64,000 bases of DNA from positions 9,052,001-9,116,000 of the forward strand of contig CM114271.1 of the NCBI GenBank assembly GCA_050084515.1. Direction: 5' to 3'. This DNA is from Blasia pusilla (taxonomy: Eukaryota). A program made the translations under genes and the position numbers. Each line of letters begins with the position of its first letter. Position 1 is the first letter of the stretch. This document shows positions 1 to 11,300 of this stretch, piece after piece. The notes below the pieces were generated by a model. The model had not been told where the DNA came from. It saw nothing but the letters and a program-made list of their open reading frames with translations, and searched no databases.

Positions 1-644
1 GATAGCGGCAACCCGTCAAAGTCCAACAAGTGGAATTAAGGTCTTCTTTGACTTCTTCGCTCGACTATTTTGCAACCCATCGAAGTACGACGGGTTGCGA
101 GGTGAAAAAAAGTTCTAGTAAGGTTTCAGGATGAAACGAGTGTTCTCCAGCCCATTGGAGTCCAACGGTTTGCAGAATGGTCTAGGGAAGAAGTCATGGA
201 AGCCCTAAATGCAACACGTCGTACTCCGACGGGTTGCAGAACATTAAAGAATGACTAGGTAGCAGGGACATTTTTTATGGAATGCAACCCGTCGGAGGCC
301 AACGGGTTGCAAGCAACTATTTTTATGCTACTTACTAGGAATCTGGTCGTGTGAATTGCGTTGTTGGGGCCTGCTTGCAACCCATCAAACTCTGACGGGT
401 TGCATCACTTAAGGCCCATGGCATCAATATGCAACCTGTCGGACTCCAACGGGTTGCACATGGTACACAGTGATCCTATCGCAACGTCAATCTCCAGGAG
501 ATTTTTGCAACCTGGCGGAGTACGACGGGTTGCATTGAGTCTCAGACATGGTTTTTTCTTTCATCTTGTATGGAACTTGTCAAAAACTGACGGGTTGGAG
601 GATTGCAGGAGATTAGAATTCTCACTTTGGGTTGACGATTGCAG

Positions 645-1212
645 GATTGTCTCGGAGGGGAAAAAGACCAATCACTGGATCCAAGAATGCGACAAAGTGA
701 AGAAAGTGCTTACAATGCACTCGTCACAGTACAAAGGGTTCCTAGGAGAGGACTTAGTGGATGAGATGCTCATCAAGGGAGCAGAGATTAAAAAAGAAAA
801 AGACTTGGTCGAGTACATACATATGCTAAGATGTGGTTGTCACCATTCTCTACTGGAAAAAAATCCAGGAAGTGAAGAAATGCGCCACACCAGAGCAGGA
901 GCCGAGAGAAGACATTTCAGCATTGGAGCGAGCCAAGTTCATACATGCAACTGTGTCAGCAGCCACAAAGTACACTGCAAGCAAGATGCAAAGTTACATC
1001 ACTTTCCTCAACCCAGAACTTGGCAAGGACTTCTACAAGGAGTTGAAGGCGATTCTTAAATGCCAACAGAAGAGGGACGAAGATCCACAAGGTCGAATCG
1101 AAGAGAAAGTTTCACAGGATCACGTCCACAAGTTTGCGCTATTTGGGATTTCCAAATTCCGGCGGATCATGCTGATGGAAATCACTCTCAAAGGGACAGA
1201 GGCACATAAGCC
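645..1212 (+). pseudogene. ParB-MTase gene copy 1, start of exon 3 (central helical region)
   Basis: Acceptor TTGCAG at 639-644, then IVSEGKKTNHWIQECD...KYTASKMQ. Frameshifted. Matches 11123-10286 (-) and 53415-54130 (+). Confidence 0.7.
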
Positions 1213-1503
1213 AACCTTATTGTTGAGATCTCTGTGAGGTTCCTAGATGTCGAGAGAACAATTTGCCTGAGTGTGCTTTAAATTCCACTAGAGAGAATTG
1301 AAGAAGAAAACATGGGTACTAAGAAGGATCGGAAGATATTACTGGAATACTACATTTGAATTACATAATCAACCACACTACTTTACAACATAATAATCAC
1401 TTTATCCTCTCTTTTCATCCAACAATGATCCTCTTGGGGATCGAACTCTACAAATGACTGTAAATTAGAAACACTTGTACATTACATATAATGAAACACT
1501 TTT

Positions 1504-1521
1504 TGGGGCCGCTGCCGGGGA
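1504..1521 (+). promoter_or_regulatory. Primer binding site (Athila/Tat-type, resembles TGGCGCCGTTGCCGGGGA)
   Basis: tggggccgctgccgggga lies just downstream of the LTR end and upstream of gag. Confidence 0.65.
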
Positions 1522-1938
1522 TCATATCCTTGGCTGAGAAGGGAGAGAGACCCATGGGGAATCAGGGAGCGGGGAAAGAAGCTTCGCCCCTAGAAGACCC
1601 AACAATCTAGTTCTTACTGAAGACCATCTGCTAGCTCTAGCGATGGATGCTTGAAGACAACAATAGATTTGCTGCATTGGTGCTAGAGAAAATAGACCAA
1701 CTAATTAGAATTTGTCAAAGAACCAATCGCCGAACGGTGCTTCGCCCATGAACGATAGTTGTACTTGGTGAAAACCCGGTACTTCTGTTTATGGGAGGAA
1801 AACTTGGCAGGAAGATTAGGAGCACGAGGCACACTCCTATAGATGTAGAAAGAAGAAGTAGTTAACCTCCCTCCATGGACCCTTACCGTGTTGCCACCGT
1901 GCGGGTGAACGCAAGTTGCCAAATCCCACAAGAGACTT

Positions 1939-3420
1939 ATGGAAGGCTCCTGGCCCTCTTCGCGAGAGCAGCGAGCCAATCGGCGCAATAAGCAGCAGGA
2001 AGAGCAACCGGCTTGGAGACCGCCTGGGTTGTCTCCCGGTCTTCGTCCTCGTCCGAAGCCGAAGAGCAAGAAGAAAGATAGGGACAAAGTCTCCACTACG
2101 TCCCTTGCCAGTTTGCAGTCGGACGAAGAGTCGTCCTGGGACCCCTTTGGGGAGTCAGGGAGCGAGGAGCGGATCAGAGCACCTCGAGCGGAACCGTTAC
2201 CTCCTCCATCTCGAGCATCAAGCCCGGGAGCCAGAAGGAGAGCGGTTCCCATGGCCAACACTAGAAAAACTCTGCTAAGGTACCCCACCTTTGCTGGGGG
2301 AGGGCGAGACGATGTGGATAACTTTGTGCTTGAATTCACCCATGTCGCAAAAGCCAATGGGGAAGGTGCAGAGGAGGATTTGTTACGAGTCTTTCTTGGC
2401 CTGCTCAAGAAGTGAGCAAGCTAGTGGTACGAAGGTCTCGGAGCGGATGTCACGGAAACCTGGAAAAGGGTCTTGGAATCCTTCCTACATGAGTTCCGCG
2501 ACCTGGAGTTCGAGGACAGGCTTCTTACAAAGCTTCGCGACCTGAAACGAAGAAAGAAGGAGACCCTCCGGGAATATACCCAAAGGTTCCGGAGCCTGGT
2601 GAATAAGCTGGAGCACACGATTACCTCCCAATTGGTAGATTGGTTCGTGTCCGGCTTGTCCAAAGAAATGGATCGGTACTGTCGGCGAGGCCAACGGGAT
2701 TCCCTGGAGGCAGTCATAGCCTCCGCTGAGGCATACAAAGCCTCAGAGAAGTCCCGCAGCACACGAAGACGGCGTCACCAAGGACGAGGGGCGTCGCATA
2801 CTAGTGCTTCGTCTGAAGACGAAGCGTCCTCCACAGACACGGAATCCTCTACGGAGGATACGTCGGAGTCCTCGGACTCAGAGCAGGAGGTGAAAGCTAA
2901 AAGGAAAGGGAAAAGCAGGCATCATCACTCTCCCAAGCACCAGAACAAAACCCGACCAAGCACCAAGCATCGTCCCCAGCGGTCGGAAAGTCCAGTGAGA
3001 GGGACGGCAAGGAAGGTCGGCAAGTCGACCATGGAAGAACTCAGTAAACAAATGGCTGAGTTGAAGGTACATCTGGCGGCCCAGAAGGACCCCAGAAGAC
3101 GACCTGAGCTGATGAGGCCCAACATTTGGTGTAGTTGTTGCGGAACCCAAGGGCATACTATACAGGAATGCCTACTCAGAGGGATCTACGGTGGATCCAG
3201 GAAGAGGCCACTATTGAAGAAGGGTGGTATGAACCTGAACAGTGGGAAGGGTGCTATGCCGTCCAAGCGGTGCCACCCCCAAACCCCGGGAGAAGCTGGA
3301 TCACGCGGTATGTGCCTCTGGAATACGGGGAACAGAGACCCTTGAGACAGATTATGGGCGCGGCAGCCTTCACGCCACCCATCAAATGAAATTGTTGTTA
3401 TAAGTGCAGCGCAGCGGACC
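1939..3420 (+). pseudogene. gag: Gypsy Gag (in-frame stops and frameshift)
   Basis: PTFAGGGRDDVDNFVLEF, LRDLKRRKKETLREYTQRF and a CX2CX4HX4C knuckle near 3128-3170. Confidence 0.8.
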
Positions 3421-4076
3421 ATTGGGCCAACAATTGCCCAAACCCAAAGCGACCAGTGGGACTCAATCCCTTATGCGGGAACTGCAAGAAGGGCGGACAC
3501 ACATCGCCAGTAGAATGCCCGAGCCCAAGGTCCCGCGGTTGTTGGTCAGATATGTCAACACTCCAGCGGCTCAACCAGAGCCCAAAAATGATGTAAATGT
3601 ACAACTGGTCCGAGTGGAAGAAGTAGTGTCCCCGAGACCAAAGCGAGTCACTATCAGTGAGGAAGATTCGACCGAAGGGGCCAACGAGGAATCATCGGAC
3701 TGGCCCAAAGAGTTCCAAGAAACCGTCGGGCCGCCATTTTGTCACCACGAGGTCGAAGAGTCAGAGCGCGGGGATCCCAAAGGTAAAGAAGGGTGCTTCG
3801 TCTTCGCGCGAGGCTAGGGAGCCCAAGACCAAAGCTGTGAACACCTTACCTGCCGGGAAGGCCATCCTCAAAGGCGATGTGGACCCGGCCTTTGATCGAA
3901 GTCATCCGAGGTACTTCCATCAGAATGTAGAGGACCAGGTTTGTGCTCAAGTGCGTGAGGACCAAGAACCAGAGGGGAAATAGACCTCAGAGAAGACAAA
4001 GACCAAACCAAGTTCGACAGTCCAAGCCATTGCGACATCACCGCTGGTCCTAGAAGCTTACGATTTACTGAGGGAC

Positions 4077-4535
4077 TTGGCGTCAACCCCAGCCAACATA
4101 ACCCTGCTACAGTTGATAATGGATAACCCAGTGTACGGGAAAATTTTGCAGCAGTGGAAAATAAGCCGGAAAAAACCCAGGAAGTCGGCAAAGCCTCTGC
4201 TAGTGGTGGATCTGTTCCGGATCGAAGTAGAAGACTTGGGAGCCCCAGAGGTGGAGGTGGAAATTGAGGGCCATACCATTAAGAAGGTCCCCATTGATTC
4301 CGGAAGCGGAATTAACATTATGACGGAGCAAACAACTCGGGCACTAGGGTATACAGTGTACAAGCCCACAGACAAGTATCTAGGGTTTGCGGATCAATCT
4401 AGGAAGAGACCCCTAGGACAGCTCACTCAAATTCCGACCATGCTCGGGGGGGTGTTGTTTCTGTTGGACTACTTAGTCTTGCAGCCCCTGACCACCACGG
4501 GCTATCCTTTGCTCATCGAAAGACCCTGGCTGTAA
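4077..4535 (+). pseudogene. Retrotransposon aspartic protease
   Basis: VEVEIEGHTIKKVPIDSGSGINIM ... LLIERPWL. Confidence 0.85.
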
Positions 4536-5048
4536 GGCGCGAGGGTGAATACGGATTGGAAAAGGCAACGTTTCACGTTCCACGCGCCGAATCAGGTCTC
4601 GAAGCGGCTCATCAAGCTGTCGTGGAAATCACGACCACCCCAAGGAGAAACGCCATCAACTGACGACGGGTATACGTCAGATCAAGACCATACAACCGCT
4701 ACGGAGTCCTCGTCCCAGGTGTATTATTTAGAATGTTACGAAATAGACGAGGAGTTGGTGCCCACCAAGCGGAGGTCGATCCGGGAGGAAGAGAAGCTAG
4801 GTCATAGCACCTTCTAGTTTACAGAGAACATGGTTCAGGAGCAGGACTACGTCCAGGTCGTTATTGCAGATCAAAAGTCTCTACGCCTTTGGGCGGATTT
4901 GTCTCCCACCACACTTATGAAGTATAAAAGACTAATGTTTGAGTATTTGGATGTCTTTGCATACTCCATGGATGAAATGACAGGCATTCCCGCACGGTAT
5001 GGTGAACACCGAATTGATCTTAAAGAAGGGGCGGTCCCGGTGCGACTA

Positions 5049-6492
5049 GAGAGAAGCGGAAGCGAGAGGTGCCCGGGTTGTCCCAAGGAGAATACAGCCC
5101 ATCATCCTTGGGAAGACACAGACAAACAACGACCCGGACAAGCATCCTCCTTCAGCTCACCTCTTTACTCGATGAGCTGAACAACTTCAGTTCTCAAGCG
5201 TCGACAACTGCCATCAAAAAATTGACAACGCTGGGAAGGAAGCTCCAACGAAACGGGCACGCTGCCTGGACGGTGAATGGACTGGTGGAAGAGGTTGCGG
5301 TGGATCTCTTGATCGCCGATATGCCCTCGGGGTTGCAACATTGGGGCGAAAATCTGGCGGACGAGGTACCTAAGTGGAATCTACCGCTCACTTATGACCA
5401 GATTGCACTTTTGTTCCCCTTTGCAGACGCCTATCTGAGTGACAGGGGCTGCTTCTTGGTGTTGACTGGAGGGAGCGAGGATGAGCTCTTCAACCTCTAG
5501 TGCGTCAAGAGGTTGCTAAAGTGGAGGACGGCACAATCATGGATCATAAAAAACGAGTACCCACTTCGATCCGCAACGAGTCAGATTCGGGTAAGGCTAT
5601 ATTCCTGTACAATAATTTCAATTATCTTATAATGATGTGTAGAATGAGAGTCAGTGTGGGTTTTTTTTGTTTGTGAGCAACCCGTCGGAACCCGACGGGT
5701 TGCAGTTGATTTTGGTTTGTGGATGCAACCCGTCTAATAGCGACGGGTTGCTATCATACGGGTTTCTCTCAGGCGAGCATGGGCTGGTCTAGGCCAGCAA
5801 CCCGTCACCTTCCGACGGGTTGCATCCGAAAACCAAAATCAACTTGGAAACCCAAAAGAAATTGCAACCCGTCGGGTTCCGACGGGTGGGTCCGGGACAA
5901 AACTTCTCGTCGGACTCCGACAGGTTGATCCAAAGTCAGTTATTGAAAATCTTCTCAATGCGACTTCTTTAGTTTCTGACATTGTTTCGTCTTTGATTCT
6001 AGATGGACCACTCCTACTTGTATCTTTTTCGTTCGCCCGAGCACCATTTCCGGTGTTCAAGATCCAGGATCCTGTGGATCCATGCTCGATGGGTGCACTT
6101 AGATAGTTTGTACAATTCCCCGGAATTTACATGCAAGACAAGACCCGCTTCGGGAGGAAGGAAAAGTCGCCGACCACGATGCAAATGCTCATCGAGCTCT
6201 GATCAAGGCCGGGTAACTTGGTGTTCGACTTAGTGGGCCTTTCGGGGCAAGTATCAAAGCGCGCTGGCGAATGGCGGCAGAACATTCTCTGCCTCGAGGA
6301 AGGCAGAATCGTTTGACCTTTGCAAGGAGGCAAAGGCAAAATACGAAAGGCTCGTTGGGCGCATACAACTCTCCACCGGCCGAGAGCTCGGTTCGAGCCA
6401 CCCTTGGTAGTGACTCCATCGTCACTTCCAACGATTCCCAAAATCGGGAGGGCAGGGCCGAAAGTGATTTTGCAAGAGCTCTCGGACGATGA
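5049..6492 (+). pseudogene. ParB-MTase gene copy 1, C-terminal beta-class N6A/N4C methyltransferase-like domain (exon end 5049-5590, intron 5591-6002, exon 6003-~6492)
   Basis: AVDLLIADMPSG (motif IV-like), YLSDRGCFLVL, SWIIKNEYP...R|MDHSYLYLF and EKSPTTMQMLIEL*SRPGNLVFDLVGLSG...NILCLEE (motif X/I-like). Donor CGG|GTAAGG at 5591 and acceptor TAG|ATG at 6003, phase 0. Confidence 0.7.
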
Positions 6493-8399
6493 CGAGTGAG
6501 TTCAAAGAACTCAACGACCCAGCTTGACTGCATCGTTTGGAGTAGGGAGTTTTTTGATAATTTGGCAAAAGATTTCATAGAATAGATCAAATGTACAGTT
6601 CCGAGCTTTTTTCGGATGATATAAAGCAAAAGATTTTTTCGATCGATGGTGGTGCTTGTAAATGTTTGGTGATCATTTTGTCTTTTCGAATGTGATCGTC
6701 CATGTACTCCACGGTCTTCTACTTTGCAACCCGTCGGATTTCTCCTGCTTGCAATTTTCACTTTATGACCACTGCAACCCGTCGGATTTCTCCTCCTTGC
6801 AACTTTTCGCTTTTTGACCACTGGACCCTTTTTACCACCTCTAGGCAACCTGTCTGATTCTGATAGGTTGCCTGATCGAACTCTTTCGGATCAGGCAGTC
6901 TGGCGGGCTTCTTCCCTTGGCACCTTCCCCTCAACTTGTAAAGGCAGGCGTAGGCTTCTTTTCTTCTCTCAGACGTGTTGGATTCCTTCTACTTGTGCGG
7001 TTGCCATAGTGGTATTACCAGGGGGACGGAGCGGATATTGATCTTTGGATGGGTGTCACATTGCAGAGCGTACAAGGTATCTTGCCGAGGAAGGCGGTGG
7101 GACTCGAGACAGTCACATGGCACCGTTATGGTGTACCTAGGGGGCCAAGGCTCTCGGTCGCCAACATTTTCGATCCCCGTCTACAACCGGCCGGAGGAGC
7201 CACTTGAATCCCAGGACATTCCTTTGTATCATGTCACCGAGGAGAGTTAGGTGTAAATTTGTAGATGACGAGGCTGAAGAAATCATAGACTAGGTTCAAT
7301 GTACATTTCCGAGGTTCCTTCAGAGGTAATAAAGGACGAGATTTTTTGAACCCATAATGGTGTTTGTAAAAGTTTTCTGGAATATGTTTTGGGACTTGTG
7401 GAGGTGGTGCAAGAGAAAGGCCCAAAGAGTGTCAAGAACAAGTCAAGAAGATTGTACAAGGTGATAATGCAGCCTAGTCACTCCATTGACCTCAAGCCTA
7501 GAGGAGACAAGGGAGATGGTGTAGGCACTAGGGAGTCTCCAGGGTATCCAATGAAGGAGATAGAGTGCTTGATTGCTGTTGTAGAGGAGGGTTTGAACCA
7601 AGGGGGTGGATCTGATTGTTAGGGCCAAGAAATGAAGAATAAGGGGCTAAGAAGAGGTCAATGGAGGCTGAGCTCAAATGCTTGGACTCTTGTGGGCTAG
7701 AAGATTCCTCATGGAAGCCTAGAGGACCTCATTTGAAGGCCATAAAGCTTGAGAATCCAAGGGAGAGATCTATGGAGTTGAGAGGATCCAAAGAGTGATT
7801 TGGAAGATTTGTGCGAGGTGGAGCTAAGTGGAGGTGTGAACGAGGGCGGGGCTTGAACCAGATTGAGAAGAAGCAAGCATGGGAAGAATATAGAGGTAGA
7901 TCTCACCTTCAAGCATGTCCAAGAGACAGTCGAGCCTATGCCATCAATGTTGCTCAAGAGGCTTTAGTTAGGCAGGGTTGAAGTAGATGAGGTAGAAATT
8001 TCAGGCATAGATGCCTTGGAGTAGATGCTTAGGGTTGGCATCGGGTGGTCCTCCAACAAAAATACCAAGGGCACTGCTTTTTGTTGACCGAGATGAGGAG
8101 ATGTTAAGAAACTTAGGCTCACATGGAGAGTGATGGAAAAATGTTTGTAGTGGTCTTATGATGTCTACTTTTTTTTCGCCCCAAGGAAAAAGGAGGTTTT
8201 TTTAGGGCGAAATGTGGACCACTACCTACTCTCTTCTAAAGATTTCATGGATTTGAAAGCAAACAAAAATTTCAAATATGTCATAAAGTTTTGAAGAGAG
8301 GAGGCGGATTTGGCCCTTTTTTTTGAAGAGAGACTCTCCTCTCTTCCTCTCTTCCTCTCCTCTCTTACTCTCTCCTGCCAGAATACCAGCCCCCCCTTC

Positions 8400-11300
8400 C
8401 CTCAAGGCAGAGAATGTTCCTGCCACTCTGCCAGCGCCTCTGATACTAGCCCCCGAAAGGCCCACTAAGTTGAACACCAAGTCACCCGGCCTTGAGCAGA
8501 GCTCGATGAGCGTTTGCATTAGGGCTGGCAACTTTTCCCTTCCTCCAAGTAATGGGGTACCGTCTTGCATGAAAATTCCCGGGGGGGGGAATTGTATAAA
8601 CTATCTAAGTTGTACCCATCGGAGCATGGATCCACAGGATCCAGGATCTTAAACACCTGGAAGTTGTGCTTGGGCCGAACAAAGCAGTAAACATAGGAGT
8701 GGTCCATGTGTAAAGAAGCGCGTTGGAAAAAATGTAAGCAACTTGGCCACTGGTCTACTCTCAGTGTGGTGACATAATGTGCAACACTTCCCCAAAGAGC
8801 TTCGCTTAACCCTAGAGAACTTCTTTATAATCCTAACATTGGAGCAACCTGTCGGAGTCCGACGGGTTGTTTTACAAGTGTCTTGTGTTTTTTTTGTCCA
8901 TGAGCAACCTGTCGCCTTCAGACGGGTTGCATCATTCTAGAAAATTGCAAAAGCAGTTGCACTTGCAACCCGTCTGGCTCCGACGAGTTGCATTCACCCA
9001 ATGGAGACTTGCCCTCAAATTGCAATCCGTTGCTTTCAGATGGATTGCAAAAAGACCCAGCTCAAACAATCCGACAGGTTGCATGCAGAGATGCAACCCG
9101 TCGGAGAAAGACAATTTGGATACAAATTAAGAGCCCTTACCCGAATTTGACTCGTCGCAGATCAGAGTGGGTACTCGTTCTTGATGGCCCACGATTGCGC
9201 CGTCCTCCACTTCAGAGACCTCTTGACGCATTGCAGGTTGAAGAGCTCGTCCTCGCTCCCTCCAGTCAAAACTAAGAAACAGCCCCTGTCACTGAGATAA
9301 GCGTCTCCAAAGGAAAACAGGAGCGCAATCTAGTCATAAGAAAGAGGGAAATTCCAGTCCGAGACCCCGTCGGACGGATTCTCGTCCCACAAGCGCAACC
9401 CCGAGGGCAAATCAGCGACGAGGAGATCCACCGCCACCTCTTTGACCTCCCCATGGACCGTCCAGGGAGCGTGCCCGTTTTGTTGAAGCTTTCGTCCGAG
9501 CGTTGTCAATTTCTCGATGGCAGGTGTCAACGCTTGGGAACTGAAACTTTTCAGCTCATCTTGAAGATTCGTGCAGTGAAGGATGACGCTTGTCCGGGTC
9601 GTTGTTTCTCTATGTCTTCCCAAGGATGATGGAGTGTATTCCACATCCCGGTCTGCTCCCTGGGACAACCTGACGCCTCTCGCTTCCGCTTCTCTTGAGT
9701 CTGCGGTTGGCTTGTTGGGGTCTCTATGACCTCAGACTCTGGTGGAGTTTTCTTTGCGGAGGACCTGGTCCGACCCTCTCTCCCTGGTTGCCCGGACGAT
9801 TCCGGCTCTCGCCTTGAATCTTCAGCCTCTCTTTGGGAAGACTCGGCCTCGGAATTCTTCGATCCCCTTGCCTTGGCTTTGAGACCCGCTGTAGATTTGT
9901 CCTTGGCGGTGACGACCTTGGACACCAACTCCCCTGTCTTGAGGGCTTGCTCCTCCGCATCTCCTTCGAAGAAGTCTTCAGGCTGCACAAAATTGGGGAT
10001 GTCGTCCCTACTTGTAGCCACTGCATCATACAGCAGGCGTAGATCTTTTTCCGTTATGTCCTCAGGGTCGTTGAAGTCCATCCAAATCGGGAAATTCTCC
10101 ACCTCCCAATCGGACATGCTTTGAGCCATCTCCATGTCGTACTTGGAAAATGGCTCTCCATCGGGCGGAGAAGCCCACAATTTGCAGGTTGCCGGTATTT
10201 TTTTCCATGTACCTGCATTCTTACAATGATCTGAAGATCTCGCTTCTTCTTTGCGATATCCCTTTTTTTCGCATCTATTTCTTTGTCAAGGTGTGCCTAA
10301 GGGGAGGATGCGATCCTTGAACATCGTCCTGAAACCAGGGTTTTTAATGGGCTTGTCCCGCATGTCATCAAGCCAAAGTTCAAAATCTTCAACACTCTCT
10401 AGGTTTGCTTCCTCAAGAACTGGCTCTATTCTTTTCAGCTCCGCTTGGAGATCCACAAGCATGGACTTCCCGATAAGCCGCAATGCATCCCTGAATGACC
10501 ATTCACGGAGCCAGTGGGAGATCACTGGATCAGAGACACCCGGAGGATGGTGTGCCGCCCTCTTTTGGGCCTTTGTGCCCTCGCGACTGATTTTCATCAG
10601 TCGGATTCTCCTAAATTTGCTAATTCCAGACAAAGCAAATCGATGCAAGCGATCGAGAGACACTTTCTCCCCAATCTGACCCTGCGGATCTTCATCCCTC
10701 TTCCGCTGGCGCTTGATGATCGCCTTCAGCTCCTTGTAGAAATCGGGGCCAAGTTCGGGGTTGAGAATGGCGATGTAGCACTGCATCTTGCTTGCCGTGT
10801 ACTTCGTAGCTGTAGATACTGCAGCATGGATGAACTTTGCATGCTCAGACACAGACACTTTCTCCCTCCGCTTGAGCTCCAATGCAGCGCTCTTCTTGGT
10901 AGCCTGTATCTTCGACTAGCAAAGGATTGTCACGGCTGCATCTTGGGAAATAAACTTATTTGCCCAAGTCTTTTTTTTTATTTGAGCACCCTTTGCCAGC
11001 ATCTCATTAACAAGGGCGTCGCCCAAAAACCCCTTGTACTCTGCCGGGTGCGTCGTTAGCACTTTCTTCACCCGATCGCAATCCTAGATCCAGTGGTGGG
11101 TGACATTCCCCTCCGATACAATCCTGCACATCCGAACTCAATATTAGAAATTTTGCAAGGTACATGGGTTCTTGCAACCCGTCGGATTCCGATAGGTCGT
11201 CACAGCTCATGGTCGGAATGGAAGCAAGGAGCTAAATTTTGCAACCCATCGGAGTCCGACGGATTGCATTCAGAGTTGTGATTGCCTGGTTTCAACCCGT

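Larger units (their letters stand above)
1213..5048 (+). mobile_element. Truncated Gypsy LTR retrotransposon (non-chromovirus, Athila/Tat-like): partial 5' LTR, PBS, gag, protease, start of RT
   Basis: LTR part ending ...TGTACATTACA (1486) is the reverse complement of the start of solo LTR 40736-42032. Also PBS-like TGGGGCCGCTGCCGGGGA, Gag zinc knuckle CSCCGTQGHTIQEC, protease VPIDSGSGINIM and RT start DVFAYS..EHRIDLKEGAVPVR. Confidence 0.88.
1..6870 (+). mobile_element. Palindrome-rich ParB-methyltransferase DNA element, copy 1 (5' part outside window; interrupted by a Gypsy element at ~1213-5048)
   Basis: Palindrome clusters at 8-600 and 5677-5890. Coding segments 645-1212, 5049-5590 and 6003-6492 are homologous to copies at 8400-12689 (-) and 51344-54820 (+). 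Confidence 0.8.

Noticed and set aside
361-644. N-terminal part of ORF 361-1059 as coding sequence
   Set aside because: It is palindrome-containing intron sequence upstream of the acceptor at 644.
1701-2408. 235-aa minus-strand ORF
   Set aside because: Antisense shadow of gag with no recognisable motif.
6870-8200. Possible gene or LINE fragment between copies 1 and 2
   Set aside because: Short broken ORFs with no motif I can recognise; left unassigned.
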